Shown piece by piece: positions 57,787 to 64,000 of a DNA stretch of 64,000 nt; within the stretch, counting starts at the first letter, position 1, and each line of letters begins with the position of its first letter. Source of the stretch: an uncultured Acidobacteriota bacterium. GTDB lineage: Bacteria; Acidobacteriota; Thermoanaerobaculia; UBA5066; Gp7-AA6. Made by a program: the position numbers and the translations under genes. Where the stretch lies: contig CAWDEF010000001.1 in assembly GCA_963801275.1 (NCBI GenBank), positions 4,015,481 to 4,079,480 on the forward strand, given 5' to 3'. A model generated the notes under the pieces. That model saw nothing but the letters and a program-made list of their open reading frames with translations. It was not told the origin of the DNA and did not search any database.

Positions 57787-59433
57787 ATGAGCACGAACAT
57801 CCCGCCCCTGTCCGGCCGGCCCGCCTGGAAGGCCCTCTCCGAACACCACGCGAAGGTCAGGGGCCTGCACTTGCGGCAGCTCTTCGCGGACGACCCGGGC
57901 CGCGGGGAACGCTTGACGGTCGAGGCCGCGGGTCTCTTCCTCGACTACTCGAAGAACCGCGTCACGGACGAGACGCTCGAGCGGCTTCTGCGGCTCGCCG
58001 AAGACTGCGGCCTGCGCGCGCGCATCGACGCCATGTTTCGCGGCGAGAAGATCAACGTGACGGAGAACCGCGCCGTGCTGCACGTGGCGCTGCGCGCGCC
58101 GAAGGGATCCTCGAGCGTCGTGGACGGAAAGAACGTCGTGCCGGGGGTCCATGCCGTCCTCGACAAGATGACGGACTTCTGCAATCGCGTCCGGAGCGGC
58201 GCCTGGAAGGGCCACACGGGAAAGCGAATCGTCAACGTCATCAACGTCGGGATCGGGGGATCGGACCTCGGGCCGGTGATGGCCTACGAGGCGCTCCGGG
58301 ACTACAGCGAGCGGACGATGACCTTTCGATTCGTGTCGAACGTGGACGGCACGGACTTCGCCGAAGCCACGCGCGATCTCGATCCGGCGGAGACGCTGTT
58401 CGTCATCTCTTCGAAGACCTTCACGACGCTCGAGACCATGACCAACGCGCACACGGCGCGCGAATGGGCGCTTGCGGGTCTCGGGGGAGACGCGAAGGCC
58501 GTCGCGAAGCACTTCGTCGCCGTGTCGACCAACGCCGAAAAGGTGTCCGACTTCGGCATCGACACGGCCAACATGTTCGGTTTCTGGGACTGGGTCGGCG
58601 GGCGATACTCCATGGACTCGGCCATCGGGCTCTCGACGATGCTCGCCGTCGGGCCGGAGAGCTTCCGCGCGATGCTCTCCGGTTTCCACGCGATGGACGA
58701 GCACTTCCGGACGGCGCCGTTTGCGAAGAACCTTCCGGTCCTGATGGGATTGCTGTCGGTCTGGTACAACGACTTCTTCGGCGCCCAGACGGTCGCGGTG
58801 CTGCCGTACGAGCAGTATCTGAAGCGCTTTCCGGCCTACCTGCAGCAGCTCACGATGGAATCCAACGGCAAACATGTCCGCCTCGACGGCTCACCGGTCG
58901 ACGCCGACACCGGGCCGGTCTACTGGGGCGAGCCCGGCACAAACGGTCAGCACTCCTTCTACCAGCTCATCCATCAGGGGACGCGCCTGATTCCCTGCGA
59001 CTTCATCGCGTTCGTGGAGGCTTTGAACCCGCTCGGCCGGCATCACGACATGCTCGTCGCGAACGTCTTCGCCCAGACGGAGGCGCTCGCTTTCGGAAAG
59101 ACTGCCGAGGAGGTGAAGGCCGAGGGGACGCCTGACGCGCTCGTACCCCACAGGGTCTTCTTGGGAAACCGGCCCACGAACACCATCCTGGCGCAGCGGC
59201 TGACGCCGGAGACGCTCGGCGCCCTCGTCGCCCTCTACGAGCACAGCGTCTTCACGCAGGGGACGATCTGGTCGATCGACTCCTTCGACCAGTGGGGGGT
59301 GGAGCTCGGCAAGGTTCTCGCGCAGCGGATCATTCCCGAGCTCGAGAGCCCGGCGGAGCCGAAGCTTTCCCACGACAGCTCGACCAATGCGCTCATCCGG
59401 CGCTACCGGCGCGCGCGACCGGTCCGGCCGTGA
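57787..59433 (+). CDS. pgi: Glucose-6-phosphate isomerase
   Basis: 548 aa with PGI signatures ([23 protein letters not shown]). Confidence 0.9.
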   Translation: MSTNIPPLSGRPAWKALSEHHAKVRGLHLRQLFADDPGRGERLTVEAAGLFLDYSKNRVTDETLERLLRLAEDCGLRARIDAMFRGEKINVTENRAVLHVALRAPKGSSSVVDGKNVVPGVHAVLDKMTDFCNRVRSGAWKGHTGKRIVNVINVGIGGSDLGPVMAYEALRDYSERTMTFRFVSNVDGTDFAEATRDLDPAETLFVISSKTFTTLETMTNAHTAREWALAGLGGDAKAVAKHFVAVSTNAEKVSDFGIDTANMFGFWDWVGGRYSMDSAIGLSTMLAVGPESFRAMLSGFHAMDEHFRTAPFAKNLPVLMGLLSVWYNDFFGAQTVAVLPYEQYLKRFPAYLQQLTMESNGKHVRLDGSPVDADTGPVYWGEPGTNGQHSFYQLIHQGTRLIPCDFIAFVEALNPLGRHHDMLVANVFAQTEALAFGKTAEEVKAEGTPDALVPHRVFLGNRPTNTILAQRLTPETLGALVALYEHSVFTQGTIWSIDSFDQWGVELGKVLAQRIIPELESPAEPKLSHDSSTNALIRRYRRARPVRP

Positions 59434-60125
59434 GAACGGAAGTCCTGGCCGACCCGCAGGCCGCGGCGGAACGCGCGGCGGCCGTCATCGCCGAAGAGGC
59501 CCGCGCGGCAGTCGCGGCTCGCGGGCGTTTCGTCATGGCGGTCAGCGGCGGCCACACGCCCTGGATCATGATGCGCGCGCTCCCCGGGCAGGACGTTCCC
59601 TGGAAGAGCGTTCACGTCGCTCAGGTGGACGAACGGGTCGCCCCCGCCGACGATCCGGATCGCAATCTGACGCACTTGCGCGAGACCCTGCTCTCGCACG
59701 CGCCGCTGCCTCCGGACCGGATCCACGCCATGCCGGTGGAGGCGGCCGACCTCGAAGCCGGCGCCCGGGCATATGCCCGCATCCTCGAGGAGATCGCGGG
59801 CGCGCCGCCTGCACTCGACCTCGTGCACCTGGGACTGGGGCCCGACGGCCACACGGCGTCGCTCGTCCCGGGAGACCCGGTCCTCACCGTCGCCGATCGG
59901 GACGTGGCGCTGACCGGTGTCTACATGGGAAGGCGCCGGATGACGTTGACCTATCCGGTCTTGAACCGCGCGCGGTGCGTCCTGTGGCTCGTCACCGGGG
60001 GCAAGAAGGCTCTGATGCTCGCGCGCCTGACTGCCGGCGATCCGACGATCCCGGCGGGACGGATTCGGCGCGACGGGGCGCTCCTGCTCGCCGACCGGGC
60101 GGCGGCGGGGGAGGGGATCGGGTAG
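59430..60125 (+). CDS. pgl: 6-phosphogluconolactonase
   Basis: GTG start overlaps the pgi stop (GTGA). VSGGHTP..., [13 protein letters not shown]. Confidence 0.8.
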   Translation: MRTEVLADPQAAAERAAAVIAEEARAAVAARGRFVMAVSGGHTPWIMMRALPGQDVPWKSVHVAQVDERVAPADDPDRNLTHLRETLLSHAPLPPDRIHAMPVEAADLEAGARAYARILEEIAGAPPALDLVHLGLGPDGHTASLVPGDPVLTVADRDVALTGVYMGRRRMTLTYPVLNRARCVLWLVTGGKKALMLARLTAGDPTIPAGRIRRDGALLLADRAAAGEGIG

Positions 60126-60232
60126 CCGATCGGGTTCCGTGGGGACGCGGGCCGGGCGGCTCGACATGCGGGACGATTTCCTCCCTTCTGGGAGCAACTG
60201 CTCCGGGCAGTTTTTCGAATGGGAGTGGAAGG

Positions 60233-61468
60233 ATGATGATCGTTGCGGTTTTTCTGGCTCTTCTCTTCGGGTACAGCCTCGTGTCCGGCTGGTTCGAGCG
60301 CACGCCAGTCACCGCCCCGATCGTCTTCACGCTCGCAGGAATGGGCACTCTGCTCATGCGCCCGGAGTTGGCCCACCGCGAGGCTGATCCAGAGATCCTC
60401 TTGCGCCTGGCCGAGGCGGGGCTCGTACTGCTTCTCTTCACGGACGCAAGCCGGACCGACCTGAAGGTGCTCCGAAGCATCCGCAACCTTCCGGTGCGCC
60501 TGCTCACGGTCGGAATGCTGCTCACGTTGGTTCTCGGCGCCGTCGGCGCGCGGGCCGTCTTTCCGGCGCTCTCGATCTGGGAGGCGGGAATTCTCGCCGC
60601 CATCCTGGCGCCGACCGACGCGGGACTCGGGCAGGTCGTCGTCACGAGCGAGAAGGTGCCGATGCGGATCCGCCAGGCCCTGAATGTCGAGGCGGGCTTG
60701 AACGACGGGCTCTCGGTTCCGTTCCTCCTCTTTTTCATCGCCCTCGAAGGAGCGCGCAGCGGGAGCGCACATCTCTGGACGTTCGTCGTGCAGCAGCTCC
60801 TGTTCGGGGCGGCGATCGGGCTCTGCATCGGGCTCCTGGGAGGGTGGCTGCTGGACGCCGCGAGCCGCCGGGGTCTCGTCCAGCCGGCGTTTCGGCAGAT
60901 CGCCCTCGTCGTCCTTCCGCTCGCCTGCGCGCTGGCGAGCGAAGCCACCGGAGCGAGCATGTTCATCGCCGCCTTCGTCTGCGGCCTGGCGGTGCAGGTC
61001 GGATTCGCGGAGGCCGGAGAGCACAGCGTCGAGCTCACCGAGCAGTGGGGTCAACTCTTCAACCTGTTCGTTTTCTTCTTCTTTGGCGTGGTTGCGGCGC
61101 GGGCCTGGCCGGACCTGACGGGAAGGATGGTGGGCTACGCCGTGCTCAGCCTGACGGCCATCCGCATGCTTCCCGTGGCTCTGGCTCTCGCCGGCACGGG
61201 GCTCTCCCGAGCGACCGTCGTTTTCATGGGTTGGTTCGGTCCCCGCGGGCTCGCGTCGATCGTCCTGGCGCTGGTCTACCTGGAGGGACGCCCGCACCTG
61301 CCGGGGGAGGCCACCATCCGTCTGACGGTCGTGGCGACGGTGCTCCTGAGCATTTTCGCGCACGGGTTGACGGCAAAGCCCGGCATCGCGGCATACGCCA
61401 CGAGGCTCGCGACTCTCGGCGACGGAGCAGCCGAGTACGGGGACTCCGGCGACCGATCCCCGAGATAG
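60233..61468 (+). CDS. Cation:proton antiporter (CPA1 Na+/H+ exchanger family)
   Basis: 12 TM helices, APTDA and EAGLNDGLSVP motifs. Confidence 0.75.
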   Translation: MMIVAVFLALLFGYSLVSGWFERTPVTAPIVFTLAGMGTLLMRPELAHREADPEILLRLAEAGLVLLLFTDASRTDLKVLRSIRNLPVRLLTVGMLLTLVLGAVGARAVFPALSIWEAGILAAILAPTDAGLGQVVVTSEKVPMRIRQALNVEAGLNDGLSVPFLLFFIALEGARSGSAHLWTFVVQQLLFGAAIGLCIGLLGGWLLDAASRRGLVQPAFRQIALVVLPLACALASEATGASMFIAAFVCGLAVQVGFAEAGEHSVELTEQWGQLFNLFVFFFFGVVAARAWPDLTGRMVGYAVLSLTAIRMLPVALALAGTGLSRATVVFMGWFGPRGLASIVLALVYLEGRPHLPGEATIRLTVVATVLLSIFAHGLTAKPGIAAYATRLATLGDGAAEYGDSGDRSPR

Positions 61469-61495
61469 GACTCGGGTCGCCAAGGGGCGAAGAAC

Positions 61496-62146
61496 CTAGA
61501 AGCTCACGGAGAGGGAGGAAACCACGGTGGGCGTGTCCCATCCGGGGTTGAAGACGTACACGTTCAGCGTCCAGCTCTTGTAGGTGAAGCCGACGAAGAC
61601 GCCTCGCTGGATGTCGAGGGCGGTCTGGTAGGCGCGGGTGCGCTGTGAGGCGAGGCCCACGCTCAACCAGTCGAGAGGGGAGTATCCGAGCTGCGCCCAG
61701 TTGTAGAAGAAGGCGTTTACCGAGCCTCTTCCCTCGACGTCGAAGACGTACTCGCCCTCGCTGTACAGCTCGAACCTGCCGTACGAAAGCGTCAGCTCGT
61801 AGCCGGGGGCGACACCGCGCGTGTCGCCGAAGACGCCGCCCGCCATGAGCGTCGCGTCGAGACGGAGCTTCTCCCCGACGCCGAAATTCCAACCGATCCA
61901 GATCGAGCCGCTCCGGTAGGCCTCGTAGTTGTACCGGCCTTCCAGATGGATCGCGCCGCGGTCTGCCGTCATCGTCGGCTGCGCGTAGTCGCGATCCGCC
62001 GGCGGAAAGTACCCGTACACGCTGGCGTTGAACTCCCAGCCGGGCGCCTCTTCGGCGGGAGGCTTGGCAGCGGTTTCCTGCGCCGCGGCCACGGAGGCGC
62101 TGAGGACGAGAAGCGCCGCGAGCGCGAAACGGCTGCGTGCGTTCAT
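61496..62146 (-). CDS. Outer-membrane beta-barrel protein (small)
   Basis: RBS GGAGG and a signal peptide. Alternating aromatic beta-strands ending in F. ATGA overlap with the upstream VIT gene. Confidence 0.45.
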   Translation of the reverse strand: MNARSRFALAALLVLSASVAAAQETAAKPPAEEAPGWEFNASVYGYFPPADRDYAQPTMTADRGAIHLEGRYNYEAYRSGSIWIGWNFGVGEKLRLDATLMAGGVFGDTRGVAPGYELTLSYGRFELYSEGEYVFDVEGRGSVNAFFYNWAQLGYSPLDWLSVGLASQRTRAYQTALDIQRGVFVGFTYKSWTLNVYVFNPGWDTPTVVSSLSVSF

Positions 62147-62823
62147 CCTCCGAACGCGATCGTCAGACCGACCAGCGCGGCTCCGACAGCGACCATCGCG
62201 AATCCGAGGCGCCAGGGGTGGGTGCCCGAGTACTTCGCCAGCTGATAGCCGCCCAGAAAGAGGAGACCGATCGCGATCGCGTTGGAGACGCGCAGGGCTC
62301 GCATCGGGTCGCTCATCAGCAGGAAGGGAATGGCCACCGGGAAGGTCGTGAGAAAAACGAGGAGAAACACCGCGATTGCTCCCCGCAAGTCCTCGAGGTG
62401 AAAGGGGACCCGCTTCGGCGGTTCCGGCAAGGTGGCCAGCCGCTCGCGTAGTGTTTCGAGGTCCCCTGGCCGCAGGACGGAAGCCAGGACCGGCGGAAGC
62501 TCGTCCGCGATCAGGCCGTGCGCCTCCGCCGAGTCCGTGGTTTCCCTCAGGCGCCGCAGCACGACGACGCCGTGCCCCCTCTGACCGAGGGTGTTCATGA
62601 GGTAAAAGATCGCGTCGATGACTCCCCACGCGAGGTTGCAGCCGAGCGCGCCGATCAGCATGGTCCGGACTTCGTTGCGGCCGCTCTCGACGGCCGAAAG
62701 GGACCCCGTGAACGTCAGGACCATGATCAGGCCGAACAGGATTTCGGAGACGCGTTCGGTAGGATCGAGGGCGCGGCGGCGTCCGGTCTTTCCGGCCCGA
62801 CTCTCGCCTTTCTCTAGGATCAT
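62143..62823 (-). CDS. VIT1/CCC1 family iron/manganese transporter
   Basis: RBS AGGAGG. VIT-family layout: N-terminal cytoplasmic region with acidic residues followed by 5 TM helices. Confidence 0.65.
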   Translation of the reverse strand: MILEKGESRAGKTGRRRALDPTERVSEILFGLIMVLTFTGSLSAVESGRNEVRTMLIGALGCNLAWGVIDAIFYLMNTLGQRGHGVVVLRRLRETTDSAEAHGLIADELPPVLASVLRPGDLETLRERLATLPEPPKRVPFHLEDLRGAIAVFLLVFLTTFPVAIPFLLMSDPMRALRVSNAIAIGLLFLGGYQLAKYSGTHPWRLGFAMVAVGAALVGLTIAFGG

Positions 62824-62836
62824 GGTGCGGCGCCTC

Positions 62837-63925
62837 CTAGCCCGGAAGCAGGTAGGCCGTTACGGCAAAGATGGCATACACCGCGAGAAGTTGGATCCCC
62901 GAGTACCAGGCGGACCGGCCTCCCGACACCACGAAAGACACCGTCAGGGTCGTGAGCAGAACCAGGAGTACCTGCCCTGCGCCGAAGTTCAGGTCCATCG
63001 GCGCCGGGGCCATGAAATAGCTCAGGATCAGGAGGACGGGAGCCACGAAGAGAGCGATCTGCGAAGAGCTGCCCATCGCGATTCCGACGGACAGGTCGAG
63101 CCGGTTCTTGCGCGCCGCGGAGAAGGCAGCGGTCATCTCGGCCGCCGCGCCGACCAGCGCGACGACGATGAACCCCACAAACGCCTTCGACATGCCGAGG
63201 GTTACGGCCGCCTGCTGCACCGACTCCACGAAGATCTCGCTGACGAGGGCGATGAAGAGTGTTGCGATTGCGAGCGCGCCGAGCGCGATGGGAAGAGGCC
63301 AGGGGGTCTCTTCGTGCCCCTCGCCGCCCCCGGCGCTCGCGAAGACTTCGCGATGGGTCTTTAGCGAGAAGACGAGGCTCAGCGCATAAGTGGCGAGCAG
63401 GATGCAGGCGAGGCCGAGCGAGAGGGGCAGCATGTAGGAGGCGACGTGAACCTGATCGATGCGGGTGACCGCGGAGGGGACGACGAGGGCGATCGTGGCC
63501 AGAAGCAGCATCCCGGCCTGTGTACGCGCGTTGGCCGGATTGAACTCCTGCTTGTGGTACTTGAGGCCCCCGAGCAGAAACGCGCCGCCGAGCATGAACA
63601 GCGAGTTGGTCACGACGGCGCCGATGATCGAGGCCTTCACGAGGTCGAGCATTCCGGCGCGAAGCGCCGTGACGGCGATGACGAGCTCGGTCAGGTTGCC
63701 GAGCGTGGCGTTCAGCAGCCCGCCGATCGCGTCTCCGGTCTTCGCGGCCACGCTCTCCGTGGCGTGGCTCAGAAGGCCGGCCAACGGAATGATGGCGAGA
63801 ACCGACAGCAGAAAAAGCGCCGTGTGGGCTTCCGGACGCAGGTTCTCCGCCACGAGGACTCCCGGCACGAACACCAGAAGCCAGTTGAGGGGATTCCGAC
63901 GAAGCTCGTCGAAAACTCGGCTCAT
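62837..63925 (-). CDS. chaA: Ca2+/H+ antiporter (CaCA/CAX family)
   Basis: RBS GGAGG. Paired alpha-repeats: GNLTELVIAV and a GNxxE-like motif in the second half. 11 TM helices. Confidence 0.8.
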   Translation of the reverse strand: MSRVFDELRRNPLNWLLVFVPGVLVAENLRPEAHTALFLLSVLAIIPLAGLLSHATESVAAKTGDAIGGLLNATLGNLTELVIAVTALRAGMLDLVKASIIGAVVTNSLFMLGGAFLLGGLKYHKQEFNPANARTQAGMLLLATIALVVPSAVTRIDQVHVASYMLPLSLGLACILLATYALSLVFSLKTHREVFASAGGGEGHEETPWPLPIALGALAIATLFIALVSEIFVESVQQAAVTLGMSKAFVGFIVVALVGAAAEMTAAFSAARKNRLDLSVGIAMGSSSQIALFVAPVLLILSYFMAPAPMDLNFGAGQVLLVLLTTLTVSFVVSGGRSAWYSGIQLLAVYAIFAVTAYLLPG

Positions 63926-64000
63926 GGGTGACCTCCGGATGCGATTCGCCTCACGGTGCGAAACCATAGCAGTCCCGTGCCTCTCCGGGAATGGTTGCTC

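Noticed and set aside
55929-57800. 623-aa minus-strand ORF antisense to pgm
   Set aside because: Spurious. pgm is well supported.
59951-61483. 510-aa minus-strand ORF antisense to the CPA1 antiporter
   Set aside because: Arg/Gly-rich nonsense. The plus-strand product has 12 TM helices and CPA1 motifs.
1-64000. CRISPR arrays, transposases, integrases, phage or toxin-antitoxin modules
   Set aside because: I looked for direct-repeat/spacer periodicity, DDE/tyrosine-recombinase-like ORFs, and small paired ORFs. None was found. The only repeats are the TTCGAA array, the REP-like element and protein-coding low-complexity repeats.

Overview
High-GC (about 68-70%) bacterial chromosomal segment. The Ser/Thr kinase N-terminus, the VKOR-thioredoxin fusion and the many BNR-repeat secreted proteins fit an Acidobacteria- or Gemmatimonadetes-like soil bacterium. 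I saw no CRISPR array, transposase, integrase or phage genes. Coordinates were placed by hand counting and some may be off by a few nucleotides.

Gene content, in order:
- 1-6.2 kb: a canonical fatty-acid synthesis operon, plsX-fabH-fabD-[class A beta-lactamase-like lipoprotein]-fabG-acpP-fabF.
- 6.2-10 kb: fabF is stop/start-overlapped into etfB-etfA and a membrane Fe-S (CCG-domain) oxidoreductase.
- 10-13.6 kb: TMEM175-like channel, YraN, a double zinc-ribbon protein, tRNA-Gly(GCC), then a low-density stretch (DoxX, VOC, cupin fragment).
- 14.1-17 kb and 33.1-35.7 kb: two paralogous large BNR/Asp-box secreted proteins.
- 17.8-21.6 kb: a ClC chloride channel with TrkA-C tail, a SAM methyltransferase, a truncated Ser/Thr kinase N-lobe and Fe/Mn superoxide dismutase.
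- 21.7-25.2 kb: a REP-like GC-rich palindromic repeat, a divergent MATE efflux pump / MarR pair, then a gene-fragment graveyard (second ClC fragment, radical-SAM C-terminal fragment).
- 25.3-33 kb: a glycine-zipper protein, a possible DoxX remnant, an NO-stress-type module (2xDUF1858 fused to NnrS, plus a Crp/Fnr regulator), a radical-SAM-like enzyme with an unusual CX10CX2C loop in an apparent operon with a VKOR-thioredoxin fusion, and a divergent small HTH + membrane protein.
- 35.8-48.9 kb: malQ, a TPR protein, OmpA-family and HdeD-like membrane proteins, DUF4136/DUF481 lipoprotein and barrel proteins, a Tat-exported FAD oxidoreductase, and a long secreted protein with a Gly/Tyr/Trp-rich repetitive C-terminus.
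- 48.9-60.1 kb: a divergent central-carbohydrate cluster. On the minus strand gnd, ROK glucokinase, zwf and a GH63 glucosidase run with overlapping stop/start codons; on the plus strand pgm-pgi-pgl.
- 60.2-64 kb: cation homeostasis genes (CPA1 antiporter, OM beta-barrel, VIT1/CCC1, CAX).

Most interesting loci: the radical-SAM-like + VKOR-thioredoxin pair, the DUF1858x2-NnrS fusion with its Crp regulator, the beta-lactamase-like gene embedded in the FAS operon, the fragment graveyard next to MarR, the repeat-rich secreted protein, and the TTCGAA tandem palindromes between etfB and etfA.
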